Below the pieces are notes generated by a model, which worked only from the letters and a program-made list of their open reading frames with translations, was not told where the DNA came from and did not search any database. A stretch of 63,333 nucleotides of DNA, the filler included, from Collodictyon triciliatum (lineage: Eukaryota): the NCBI GenBank assembly GCA_043381765.1. It is 5 parts of 5 records of this genome, joined end to end, with 100 filler letters (N's around TTAATTAATTAA, not from the genome) between each part and the next. Parts side by side here need not be neighbours in the genome. Positions count along the whole stretch, not along the records: positions 35,789 to 53,541 come from JBHJMP010001426.1; 4 more parts are not named here. One strand, given 5' to 3'. Made by a program: the position numbers and the translations under genes. Positions 36,266-49,247 of the stretch are shown here, in pieces; positions within the stretch are counted from its first letter, which is position 1; every line of letters starts with the position of its first letter.

Positions 36266-39200
36266 ATGGGAAACAAGCCGGCGCGACCTGTCCAGCCTTC
36301 AAAGAATCCTACTGTTTCGGTATAATATTTTGCAGGATACATATATCAACTTTCTTTGCCTTTGCCTTTGCCTTTGCCTTTGCCTTTGCCTTTGTTTTGT
36401 TTTTGTCTTTGTTTTTGTCTTTGTTTTTGTCTTTGTTTTTGTCTTTGTTTTTGTTTTATTTTTATTTTTCTTATTTACTTTGAAATGAAAGAAATCATAT
36501 TAATTCTTGTAGAAATGGAAAACAACGGCTTCTAGTGTAAGGCTCGTTATACGCTGCCAAGCAAGGGTGCGTGGCTTCCTGGCTCGAAAGCGGTTCAAAA
36601 GGATGAAAGAAGGTTTCTGTCTTGACTGGTCCTATCCTTTCTTTCTTCTTTATTCTGTTTGACGTCGTCTCATCGCAAGAAATCATTTACAGAAAACAAG
36701 TTCCGAAGATCAATCATGAGTGAGATTGTCAACACAGAGAGGGGATATCTTCAACACTTGGAGGCGATGGTCAAGGTTTGTGATGTGGAGCATTAAGCCT
36801 TTTTTTCTTTTTTCTTTTTTTTCTTTTTTCTTTTTTTCTTTTTTTCTTTTTTTCTTTTTTTCTTTTTTTCTTTTTTCTTTTTCTTTTCTTTTTCTTTTTC
36901 TTTTTCTTTTTCTTTTTCTTTTTCTTTTTCTTTTTCTTTGTTTCATCAGGCCGGGCTATATATCCTTTCTATAAGATTATTTAGTGGTAGTTACTATGCT
37001 ATTCTTTACCATGCGAATTCTTCTCAAATGGTTCCTATACATCGATTCTCATTCTGACAATTAATATAGAATTATATGGATCCTATGTCGGAACCAAGCT
37101 CCTGCCTCAACAGAGAAGAAGTTGAGCTAATTTTCTCCAGGAATATACCGATTATCATGAGACTGCATGCGGTAGTTTTATCAACCACCTTCCTGAAATT
37201 TTTGTTTGGTGAGGTTTATCTATCATAAATCATGAATGTTATCACAAGCTTTGATTTCGGTTAGGATATTCTTAAGCAACTGGAAGTAAAATGGAAATCT
37301 TGGAGATATACATCCACTGTTGGAGATGTATTTAATTATGTGGTTGGTGGATTCATTAATTCTAATCTAATTGGCTTTTTTAAAATAGTAAAATATACGT
37401 TTTATGACTGATGGCCTTAATATTCTCCATGTTTTTTTTCTTTATGCGATGTGTAAATTGACCAAAAACTGAGAATAATGCTAACGATTTATCCTTTTTT
37501 TTTTTAAAAAAAAAAAAACTCACACAAACAGGCACCTTTTCTTAAATGTCACTCAGAATATGTGAACCAATATCAGAGATCCATCTCAACACTGGTGACA
37601 GCACAGGTTCATCTCATACCTGATCCGAAAAAAAAAACTTATTTTTATGATTAAGTTGAATTATTCTGATTTTAAATATAACCACCTGACCTTTTTTCCT
37701 CAAAAATGATTAAAATTGTCTTCAGAAACGAACTGCGGTTAAAAACTTCCTGAAGGTGTGTTAGTAGCACAAATATGCTTAAGGCATGAACACCGCTGTT
37801 GCTTCGATTTTACAAACAGTAATTAATCTGTAAAAAAAAATTAAATAAATTAAAAAAAATAGAAAGTCAGAGACCAAGGCTTCATGGATCTTCCATCGTA
37901 TTTGATTATGCCTGTGCAACGTGTTCCTAGATATGAACTCCTTTTACGTGTATGTTTTTGCAGAAAACTCCACTAGCTTTGGACTAATTTGTTTGTGTTA
38001 TACGATTTTGTTGCAGGATCTTTTAAACAATCAATAATACTTTATTAATTTTTAAGGAAATGCTGAAGTTTACCCCCAAGTCACACCCTGATTTCGCCTT
38101 GGTTGACAAAGCACTCGAACAAGGTTTTTTTGCGGATTTTATAATTCACTCTATGCCCGAATGACCATATTCTTATTTCTTGATAATTGATTGCATATGT
38201 GCCTTTTTTTAATCTTATTTTAATACAGTCAAGCAAGCTGCATCCGTTATCAATGAAAAGAATCGTGAAGCTGAGAGCCAAACTAAAATGATTGAAATAC
38301 AACAACTTTATCCAAATATTGAGGTTTTTTTTACAAGACTTTGGCACCCATATGTGCTTTTCATATTCTAATCACCTATAATTTCCAAAAATCTTTACCT
38401 CTTAATTAGATTCTTGCAGCACACCGCAGATTCGTCAAACAAGGAGAGTTTGAACAGGTTACACGTGCCTCACAGATATTCAGGAACACACGCACTGTTT
38501 TCCTCTGCAATGACGCATTCATCATAACTTTCCCCAGAGCACTCAATCAAGTTTGTACTTTTTTTTTTTAAGAAAAAATTATGTATTCGATTCATGAATC
38601 ATGATTACATATTTATATTTACAACAAATGCCATTTTCTCTATTTCCTGTTCAAATGTATCATTATTTTTACTTTGTTTTAAAATTTAAGCGTCTCACTT
38701 TTCTTATATTCCTTTTTAATTCCTTTTATATCAGGACGATGTTTTAATTATCTCGCTTGAAAAGTTTGCCATTTTTCCGTGCTACTCGTCCGATCCGAGT
38801 TCAAGTATGATACTTTTATGGGAGTTATGGTTTTATACCTGTTCTTGCAGTATTCGCTCTGACATGTCTCCCACTATCGATATATATATATATATTAATT
38901 ATATGCAATATGTTGATACTTTCTGCGTCATATACCCATTCAGACGTGTTTCGCCAAGTTGAAATACATGCTAGGGAGATTTCCACGTATCTGAACAATC
39001 CAAAGACCGCACTTGTGCTTGAGTCAAAAGAAAATGTCATGGAATGGTACGAGCTGATCAAGGCAACCACAACAAGCTGGATTCAGAGCATCATGAAACC
39101 CCAACGAGGTGCGGTTCAGCAGTTTACTGCATCACAGCAAATTATAGCACAATGAATCTCTCATTCTAGTACAATTCATTCTTACTAGTTCCATTTTTAA

Positions 39201-40134
39201 TGAAGAAAAAAAGAAAAAAAACATTTTCAAGAGTGATGAAAAATGTAAATGGGACAATATACCGCAGGTGTGCATCCAGTTTTCCATGCATGCGGCCCTG
39301 CTGGCGACCTTGTCTTTGTCAAGTATTACACCGGTTTGTAGCATCCAACAGACATAGACACGCATAGCTTCTTTGCCATTAGCTGTCACATCCATCAATA
39401 TCACTGAATAAATAGGTCTCTCCAAGTGTGATGATGTCACTGATGCGAGTGGGAATTTGCCCATTCATATTGCGGCCATGAATGGGAAAGTGGATATACT
39501 GACCTTCTTCCTTCAAAGGGTTTTTATTGATTTTTATTTTATTCTTACGTATATTACTGCCTTTTTCCTGGGGTTCCTTCTCCGTGGTTATTACCTTTGT
39601 ACAATTACTCACTCTACTGAACCTCTCTTAGGGTATCTCACCAAATGCTTCGAATCTCGCTGGCCAAACTCCACTGCACCTATCCATCCGCAAAAGATCT
39701 AGCGTAAGTGACCATTGACATATTTCACAATCCTAAAATATCAAGGCAAAGTAGAAAAGATAAGTCATATAAAATTGTAAAAAAAAAAAAAATGTAACTA
39801 GCAATGCGTCTTGAGTTGTGTCGAATATGGGGCTTATGTAAATGTACCTGATGGAAATGGAAAGACTCCCCTTGTGCATGCTTTAGAAGTGAAGGACGAG
39901 AAGGTTTCTCTATCGCCTTACAAAAAAAAAAAAAAAAAAACGCAATCGTAAAGAAATCGTTTGCTGAGCTTTCCAGCGCGAGTGATTTGTTAACATTTCG
40001 TTAATCAAACCAGATATCGCTCTACTTATGCGACCACGGAGCCAGGCTCATCAGTCCACAGCATATTCCACAAGAATCGCGTCTTTACCTTGAGAAAGCT
40101 ATTAGAGGTTCGATGGGCCTTTATTTTTAATTTT

Positions 40135-40173
<39 letters not shown>

Positions 40174-40871
40174 TTTTTTTTTTTTTTTTTTTTTTTTGTT
40201 TTTTTTTTTTTTTTTTTTTTTTTNNNNNNNNNNNNNNNNNNNNNNNNNNNNNNNNNNNNNNNNNNNNNNNNNNNNNNNNNNNNNNNNNNNNNNNNNNNNN
40301 NNNNNNNNNNNNNNNNNNNNNNNNNNNNNNNNNNNNNNNNNNNNNNNNNNNNNNNNNNNNNNNNNNNNNNNNNNNNNNNNNNNNNNNNNNNNNNNNNNNN
40401 NNNNNNNNNNNNNNNNNNNNNNNNNNNNNNNNNNNNNNNNNNNNNNNNNNNNNNNNNNNNNNNNNNNNNNNNNNNNNNNNNNNNNNNNNNNNNNNNNNNN
40501 NNNNNNNNNNNNNNNNNNNNNNNNNNNNNNNNNNNNNNNNNNNNNNNNNNNNNNNNNNNNNNNNNNNNNNNNNNNNNNNNNNNNNNNNNNNTTTTTTTGG
40601 GTGTGTGTGTGTGTGTGTTTTCTGCTGGTCATTTCACAACTTCTTATCTTGCGCAGAGAGCCAAAAACAATATGGCACTGTGTTTCCTATGTGGCACGAT
40701 GCCTTTCTTCTTGAAGGTTTGGATGCAAGGAACATTTGCAAGCATATCTGCAGAATTGTGATTGAGGATAGTTTAGAACTAGAAATTGACTTTGTGAACG
40801 CATCCATTGCCAGATTTATTGCCTCAAGTGCCAAGCGCTTTGCTGCCAACGATGCGCAGTCAAGAAAATAG
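36266..40871 (+). CDS. RhoGEF: IQ motif + DH + PH + ankyrin repeats
   Basis: Start MGNKPA; IQ motif IRCQARVRGFLARKRF. DH motifs EIVNTERGYLQHL, LPSYLIMPVQRVPRYELLLREMLKFTPKSHPD, VINEKNRE. PH motifs HRRFVKQG..VFLCND..EWYELI. Ankyrins GNLPIHIAAMNG, GQTPLHLS, GKTPLVHA. Stop TAG at 40869-40871. Confidence 0.92.
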
Positions 40872-41646
40872 CCCATCCCGACCATCCGCGTATGTACGGA
40901 CAGGCATGCGACAGTTGCTTCACAATCCTCACAAAATACCGACCATCAAACGCCTCTTTCCAAGGATCGATTCTTGCGTGAGAAAACAGAACGCGCCTCT
41001 GAAACTATCGAATCCGCCAACACATCTTACTCGTTGCTGTGGTTTGGTGCAAGCACTTTGCAATAGATTTTTTTCTTCTCTTCTCTGAAATATGTCGACA
41101 GCATCGTAACTTTAATCGGGAAAACCTGAAATACGTAATGGCTTTTCTCTTCGGCACATTTATGCGTCCTGGTCTTATCCTCCACAACTCAAATGGCTCA
41201 GATTCATATGTCACTATCAAATTCTTTTTTTTCTATTTTTTTTATAAAAATAAAAATAGAAGAAGAAAAAAAGACAATGTGCCCAAGTTTTAAAATAGGG
41301 ACATGAAAACTACTTCCAAGGAAACCCTTTACTTGAATGGACAGTTTTAATACCTTAAAATATGAGTGGTTGGGTGGGTAGGTCTGAGTGCGATATTCTT
41401 TTTGATTGTACAAGACCGATGGCAATACTGAAAGAAGAAAGACTGGATGTTGTTGTATAGCAAAGCTAAGATTCCAAATATTAAAACGAGAGAGCCCCGA
41501 TTGGCGTTTGCCTTGCAAGTTTGGTGGGAATCGCATTATATGGCAGTATGAGAGATGCCAATAAATATATTGTGTGTATCAAGGTATAAAGTCAAGAAAA
41601 AAAAAACGTCCCAATCTTTCAAACGAAGGAGTCAGCTGGGTTTCCC

Positions 41647-44286
41647 TCAAGCAAACGGTAGCGCACAGGGACTCCGTATATTGTCCACGGCATCTCCTTC
41701 CAAAAGTGCGTGCGGTTCGTTTTGACGTCTCCTCTACGGGATAGCAAGACATTAATTCATAGCTTTACTTATATGCAGCGCTTTCTTTCAAAATCTATGA
41801 GCAGCACACAGAATATATAGACGATGACATAGTCTCTGCTCGCACCAAAGATGATATTTAGGTCAACATTCAAATTAGGAAAAACCTACGCGTCATATGG
41901 ATTTTCCACGAGTCTGTTCTTTGTCATGTGAGGCAACTGGAACCCACGCAAAACTTCATATGTAGTGCAGTTGTGGTCGATATCTATGAAGAGTGGCGAA
42001 CAGAGAGGATTGATACACAACTTACAAGATATACTTGATGGCATGGTAACATGAATACATTAACACACACAAAAAGAAAATGGCGTTGATTGCTCACAGT
42101 TAAGATGCATGGTCAGGAGCATCACAGTGAAGATGAGAAATGGGACACAGAGAATAAGCAACACCACAGGGGCGATAAGCCACGGCCTCTCCGGTTTCCT
42201 TCCGATTGATTCGCATGCCTAAAACTAAGCTCGTTACTCATGGGTGGCAGAAGAAAATAATTAAGCTGAATAGGTAGATTGAGGATTAAAATTAAGTGAG
42301 GAAACCATTCTAATTTTATTTTCCAATTAAAAAGAAAGGAGAGGGAATGAAAGATGATTATGATCGAAGGAGCTTGTACGGAAAAAAAAAGAGTAAAGTG
42401 TAAGAGTATGAATCGGGAAGTAATAAATCCATCTATACCAATGTCATGCTCATTATGAAAAAGACGATTTGGCAGGATACATATATAATGAAGGAGCGAT
42501 GATTTCCTTGCCCGATGCAGTTGGCGACCCATCTGGTTATGATATATATTCAGAGGTAGGTCATATGAGTATTTATGTGATTGAAAAAATATATTATTAT
42601 ATCAACACACATAAATAAATTTTTATGACGAATCAACATACGGGCAATGATGATCAAATCTGCGAACGCAATGACCGCAATAGTGACAATGCTTAGAGCG
42701 TAAGAACTAGCGACAAAAATCATATTTATAAATTCATAACATGTATGCTCTTTAGTGGGAATTAACAACGGACATAACGAAAAAAGTCAATACAAAGACA
42801 TGTCAAACAAGTGGCAGTAATACTGACTTTAAGATTTCCGCACGTCTTGCAGATCCCACATGTATATATTTGGTTTGGGAGTTTGTTTCCAATATGATAC
42901 TGGCTATTTTGTGGTTTCGATCCAGGCATAGGCTCATCTATATATAATACTTTTTTTTAAAAAAAAAGGATAGAATGCAAAAGGAAAGAGGAGAGGGAAA
43001 GAGGAGAGGGAAAGAGGAAAGAGGAAAGAGGAAAGAGGAAAGAGGAAAGAGGAAAGAGGAAAGAGGAAAGAGGAAAGAGGAAAGAGGAAAGAGGAAAGAG
43101 GAAAGAGGAAAGAGTATCATCTCATTGGTGTCATCAATAGCTGGAAATACACGAAAAGATGCTTTTGCATGATATACTTTGATGTCTGAATATGAAGGGA
43201 GGTGGGATATAATGGCACAAAAGAGCTATAGAAATAGCATTATACCGGCATATCCTGGGTTTGACCAGGATACAACCATGTAAAAGCCCAATGTGATCGC
43301 CCACGTGATCCAAAAGAGCAGAATGACAGGTGGGTACTGGTGCCGCGGTTCTACATTAGTGCGACTCTCAAACACTCCCAGTGATACTGCATTGTATGGA
43401 TGAACTGACAAAATCCCAGCCACAGCTGCATGAAGACCAGCGTAGAGCACGATCGTAGTTGTATGTATTGCAGCTCGCCTATGCATGAAATGAAATCGAA
43501 TCAAACACAGACTGAGCAAAGTGTGCTTGATACTGCATTTTTTTTCCTTTCAGATTCAAAGTGTGTTTGATACTGCATAAGACAGCATGTCGATTCTTAG
43601 TAAAGGAAAATATTTAATTTGAATCATATAAAGGAATATGTGATGCGATAAATAGATATGAAATAATGCGTGAAGTGAAGTCAGATGTGATGTGATGTGA
43701 TGTGATGTGATGTGATGTGATGTGATGTGATGTGATGTGATGTGATGTGAAGTGATATGATGTGATGTGATGTGATGTGATGTGAAGTGATATGATGTGA
43801 TGTGATGTGAAGTGATGTGATGTGATGTGATGTGATGTGATGTGATGTGATGTGATGTGATGTGATGTGATGTGATGTGATGTGATGTGATGTGATGTGA
43901 TGTGATGTGATGAGATATTATATGATGCGATGTAATGTGAAGTGAAGTCAGATAACAAACCATTTAAACAAGGGACTACGTGAAACACCCGATGCGTATC
44001 TGTGTCTCACATCATGCTTGCCCTTCCCCGATGAAAACGAGGTGTGAATCCCCCATGTAGACTCCGCTTTGTCGAGAGGCTTTTTCGACGGGATGATTAC
44101 AACGTCTGGGCGAGAGGGACACGGATCCAAACGTGCTGCTTTGAGGGGATCGACTGCACCGTGTGATGTGCACGAAACAGTTTGCGGGCCGATGCGATTT
44201 CGCTTTCCTTCTGGTTTCCCCGTGGGATTTCCGGCCGTGTCTCTTGGCTGCGCGCGATCGAGGCCATTGCCTGCTTCAAGGTCCAT
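41647..44286 (-). CDS. DHHC-type protein S-palmitoyltransferase
   Basis: SNPG, CKTCGNLK/FLRSKHCHYCGHCVRRFDHHCP/WVANCIGQGNHRSF, TTYE and NPYD..N motifs, with four TM segments. The last splice junction is ambiguous. Confidence 0.92.
42982..43112. repeat. Intronic (GAGGAAA)n repeat
   Basis: Directly visible. Confidence 0.95.
43684..43912. repeat. Intronic (GATGT)n pentamer repeat
   Basis: Directly visible; source of the spurious ITSHH ORFs. Confidence 0.97.
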
Positions 44287-44884
44287 AGCCTGCGGCAGAA
44301 AGTGCGGTGCGCTGTGTCTGCTTTCGGGGTTGTGTGCTAAACTGAGAGACGCAATATTTGAGACCTGGTTATTTGGACGATATATGAACTATCCTGTAAG
44401 TACACGGCCCACTGGTTTGCTGCAACTCTTTGTTTCTTTTGCTTGGCCGATTCTTTGCAGCCCGGCTTTGTTCATGCCTCCAGAAGCACGGGAAGGCAAA
44501 GACTCGTGAATTGGGAATAACGAGTAAGGTTTCTGTTGGGAGAGAAAAAGAAGAGGAATGAGTTTCTGGTGTGGGAATTCATGTCAATTGTGGAAAATCT
44601 GCAGCTGTGTGCTGTACTTCGTTACGAAGGTTGTTAATCATCTTAATTAGGAATCATTCAATGAATGAAGCAGAGGAAAATGATCAAATCAGAATCAGCA
44701 ATAATCAACACGAATCAGCGCGAAAGAAGCAGCTTCGAGCGAGAGAAGCCTCAAAGCAGGCTAATGTGTTGTAAATCGCTGAGGGAAACTCTCACAAACG
44801 TCATCCTCAACACCGTAGAACAACACGTTCTAGGGAAGAGCGAAATATCATCAGATAAGTTGTTTTTTGTTTTATGTATCAGAA

Positions 44885-46482
44885 ATGACGGGCTCAAACG
44901 ACCACGCCGCACCAAACACCGATCTTGAGGCATATCAAAGCATCGTTTACAAGACTGGCTCTGCCTTGGGCGTAATTTACTCTCGCTTTTCTCTTTTCTT
45001 TCTTTCCTTTATTTTCATTCTTTTCTTTCTTTTCTTTCTTTTTTCTTTTCTTTTTTCTTTCTTTTCTTTTTTCTTTCTTTTCTTTTTTCTTTCTTTTCTT
45101 TTTTCTTTCTTTTTCTTTTCTTACTTTTCTTACTTTTCTTACTTTTCTTACTTTTCTTACTTTTCTTACTTTTCTTACTTTTCTTACTTTTCTTACTTTT
45201 CTTACTTTTCTTACTTTTCTTACTTTCTTACTTTCTTTCTTTTTNNNNNNNNNNNNNNNNNNNNNNNNNNNNNNNNNNNNNNNNNNNNNNNNNNNNNNNN
45301 NNNNNNNNNNNNNNNNNNNNNNNNNNNNNNNNNNNNNNNNNNNNNNNNNNNNNNNNNNNNNNNNNNNNNNNNNNNNNNNNNNNNNNNNNNNNNNNNNNNN
45401 NNNNNNNNNNNNNNNNNNNNNNNNNNNNNNNNNNNNNNNNNNNNNNNCTTTTCTTACTTTTCTTTCTGGGGCGCAAACTTGCCCACGCATTAACCATCCG
45501 AAACCAATCGACACAGTACGGCTTTGTGGCCGGAGTCATTTCAGGCTCCCTTCGCGCTTCATGGTACGACCCACCCACGCAAACAGGAACCATGGCCCTT
45601 TTCGAGTCGCGTCGCGAAGCCGTCCGCGAATATCGCAGCGGCAGAGTGGCAGAATCTCTGGCCACAAACACTGCCACAACTGTAGAGCAGCTCGCAAAGA
45701 AGGCCGGTGTCGGGTAATCCCTTTATAAAAAAAAAAAAAGCATCAATATCAAAGAAAAATACTTAAGAGAGTGGCCAAACATATATATGTATATAATCGC
45801 CTTAAATCAACACTGATGATGTGGGACATCATACTCCGTATGACATATTGACCGCAAGGTTTCAGCTCAACCAAAGACTGGGGCACTCACTTACCAGGAA
45901 ACGCATATTGACAGACACACAGAGACATCATTCTTCCGCAGCTCCTTCCAGATTGTCAAGAGCCAGGCTTTCCTTGTCTCTGCTGCAGCAGGCACATATG
46001 CGCTCGTAGAAGGCCTCGCAGGTCTGATTTCATCGCATCCAATCAAACAATCAGATAACTCGACAATCTTTATACATGTCCGACTGCTGATTATGCCTCT
46101 TTTTCTCTTTTCACAAACAGAAAACTTCCGTGGCGAAAAGGACACATGGAATCACGCTCTGGGTGCTTGCAGCAGCGGCCTTGTCCTCGGCGCACGTGGT
46201 GAGTTTAGCAGACAGACTAGATTATCTACACAGATGATATATCAACAACCGAGTATACGTACTCTATGACTCACCAGCACCATGCGCAATCTGAATATTT
46301 TCATACTTTCTTCCCTTTCTTTTCTTCTTCTTTTCCTTGGCTATTATTTGTGTCTATCTGATTTTCGGACTAAAAAAAAACGTGTAGCTGGGAATCTGTC
46401 GCTAGGGCTGGGAAGCTGCCTGGGTTTCTCGGCATTCATCTCGGCCATGGACCTTGCACGCAAGGCTGCATCTGATGATTAA
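44885..46482 (+). CDS. Tim17/Tim22/Tim23-family membrane protein (NDUFA11/B14.7-like or Tim22-like)
   Basis: GSALG/YGFVAGVISG and AAAGTYALVEGLA/ENFRGEKDTWNHALGACSSGLVLGAR/AGNLSLGLGSCLGFSAF. The R-x-K-D-x-W-N plus GxxxG signature is present; stop TAA at 46480-46482. Confidence 0.85.
45116..45231. repeat. Intronic (TTTTCTTAC)n nonamer repeat running into a gap
   Basis: Directly visible; the motif resumes after the gap at 45448. Confidence 0.93.
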
Positions 46483-46758
46483 GCAACTTGCTTGTCATTG
46501 TGTTTGCTGCTCGCAGCACCCGCATTATAAAATTGGACACATCGTAGAAGCTCCGTTCTGACAGTTTTCTGTTGGGAGTGATATAAGGTTTTAATCCGTG
46601 GCTGCAGTTTAGACGGCAGATTTGGTGGTGATGCGAATACATAGAACGTAGCGCGAGGCCACTGGGAAGTAAAAGTCGAAAAGGGGGGAAGGAAAAGATA
46701 TAGAGGAGACGAGACGAGAAGAGAAGCAAAAAATAATAATAATAAAGAGTAGAAAACG

Positions 46759-47399
46759 TTATGCATCATCGTTCGCAAAAGCAAAATAGGAACATGCGAG
46801 AGAAGAAGTCGGCGAACGCGGAGCAAAAAGCAGAAACTCAGATTCCCCCGTGAATGGTGAGAGAGTGAATGCAGTGTTATCCGCACTCACAGATTCGGTT
46901 TTGGCTGGGCTGAAGCTGTCATTGAAGCTGTCATTGAAGCCAAACGGGTCTGACAGTGTGGCTGAAAAGGTTGAGTCTGGGGGCGAGGTCGGCTTCTGTG
47001 GCTGCGGCTGTGGCTGTGGCTGTGGCAGCCCGTGTGTGGCAGCGCGCATGATGACCACACGCACGTCATGCAGCTGCTCCTTGAGAGTGGCGTTCTCGGC
47101 CTCCAAGACATAAAGCTGCTTCTCCAGTCGCGCGCGCAACTCCAGCATAACTTTCGCCTTCTGCTCCAGACTTGACACATAGACCTGCACAAAAGTAATT
47201 TCCTCTGTTAGTCTCTGCTGTCCAGCTGCTTTGCCACGGGAACATCCGAAAGAGGTATCTATTTCGGTCTCAATTGTCATAAATTCCACATATATGTGAA
47301 AATAAGCTATGTTTGCTCCGTCTTCCACTCTTTATCACGCTTCTATGCAATATGTAGATACACGGCCATCTCATTTTTCTCTTTCTTTGTATATTTTTA

Positions 47400-47439
<40 letters not shown>

Positions 47440-47785
47440 CAATACAAATTATATCGGTATGGCCAGTGAATAGTATGGGTGCGTGTAATTCAGTCACCTT
47501 CTTGCGCAGACGCGACCGGCGTGACGCCTCGCGACTCTTCGTGTCCGTGGCGACTTCGCTGCGGGGCGCTCTTTTTGGTGCGGCCTTTGAGGGGAGAGCC
47601 GCCAGGCCAGTCGGAATAGTCGCCAGGCCAGTCGGAATAGTCGCCGACATCTCAGTGGGTGGGGCGTAGGCGCAGGGTTCCACAAAGGGCAGCCCAAAGG
47701 GGAAGGCAAAGGCGAACGGCGTCCCCGTCTGCGGAAAAGTCGTGGCTGCGGCTTCGCTCTGCCGTGCGGTGTCTCCAAAACACAT
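46759..47785 (-). CDS. bZIP transcription factor, two exons (intron 47185-47497)
   Basis: Basic region KSREASRRSRLRKK spliced to VYVSSLEQKAKVMLELRARLEKQLYVLEAENATLKEQL (heptad zipper), then a PQ-rich tail. The start could also be ATG 47650. Confidence 0.88.
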
Positions 47786-48369
47786 TGCGTGTCTGCGTGC
47801 GTGTGTGGGGCTGCTGTGTGGGGTTCTCCTGGAGATTAGTCGGCTGAATAGTCGTCGTGGGATGCACCCTGGTTTGCTGGGAGAATTCTCCTGTTGATGG
47901 CGACTTGTCTTCGTCTTCTTGCACTGGCCTTGCGGCTGCTTTATACCCTTTCGCGGCCCCTGTTTGCAAGCCGCCGCCGGCCAAACGCTTTTGTTCAATT
48001 AGCCTAGTTATTTCTCTCTTTCCCAAAAAGAACAAAGTGGTGTTCAAAGTGATAATCGAACGCTAAAAAAAAAATAAATGATGAAAAAATAATTGTGAGG
48101 GTGAAGGAAATTCCTTGGAAATGCAGAATTCACCAATATTTCTGAACCACTGCAGAATGACCACCGAATTTCCTTCCACGTATGTGCAAATATCCGCATT
48201 CGTCGACTTCTGAAGCTTTCGGGATATCGTTTTCTCCTCTCTTTCCAATTGTCTGGTCATTCGCTCACGCGCTCTCTTCCTCTTATGGGCAAACAACACA
48301 TAGAGAGATGCTTCCATATCTGAATTAGTACTCACGCTGCGTCGACTTCCTTTCCTTTTCCAGAGTCGA

Positions 48370-48487
48370 TGACGTAATTGCCGGTCACTTGCTGACAAAT
48401 GCCACGTCGACCCCTTCTCTTTTTGGATTTGCTTCGCTGTCACCGCTCTTACGCAACCGCGGCTAATAAGTGCGTGGCGTGACGTCA
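48370..48487. promoter_or_regulatory. Cluster of ACGT-core (CRE/G-box-like) elements upstream of the bZIP gene
   Basis: TGACGTAA 48370-48377, GCCACGTC 48401-48408 and palindromic TGACGTCA 48480-48487. A TATAAA lies on the minus strand near 47940-47945. Confidence 0.35.
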
Positions 48488-49247
48488 TGATTCGTCGGAT
48501 CAGGTTTCCTTACGAGGTAATGTTGTCTAGTCAAATGTGGAAAAGAGCCGCGGTCTTTATTGTGTGCTGTATCTTTTCGTCGGCTGCTAATCGTCGCTGC
48601 TGATATCGATGTTATCGGTATATACTCAAAAACGATAAGCAAAATGCAAGAATTTCCCCAGGAAACAGCGACATGATACGATTAGAGCCGCAGTAATGAA
48701 ACTGGTATATGTCACCGGTTTTCTCAACTCTTTTTTTCAAGATATGAACATACAATGAAGTCTGATGCAGAGTTTTTATCAGTTTATTGCATCTTTCTTA
48801 AAAGTTTTTTTTATTTTACTCGAGCATTAAAGCTCCTTTAAGATATTGTGTAAACAAAAACGAAGGAAAGAGATACTTGGTGACCTTGCTCTGGTCTTTG
48901 GTATCACAGTCTTTAGAATTATGCCATTTCGATAGTTGAATCAGGGTATGAAGAAATAAATAGTGGACTTTCATTCGATCACCATATCTATATTTATGCC
49001 CTTTATCAAATAAATAAAAATAAGAATTGTTCTTTTCTTTAGAACAGAAAATACGAAGCAAATCAAGAAAACAAAAGCAGAAGATGAAAAAAGAAAAAAA
49101 AACAGAATCAGAAACAAAATGGATTATTATTTCGGAAGTTTCTTTTCTTTTTCATAGCATTTATTTGCTTAACGTCACGACGGTGATTCGGTTGTTGTTT
49201 TTTTTCGGCTCCTCTATAGAATTTTTGTGCGGATGACTATGAGAGTA

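Noticed and set aside
36960-36968. ATATCCTTT resembling a U12 AT-AC donor
   Set aside because: It lies inside an ordinary GT-AG intron whose flanking DH exons already join in frame.
48063-48488. 141-aa minus-strand ORF upstream of the bZIP
   Set aside because: No recognisable motif or splice structure; it overlaps probable promoter sequence, so it cannot be supported.
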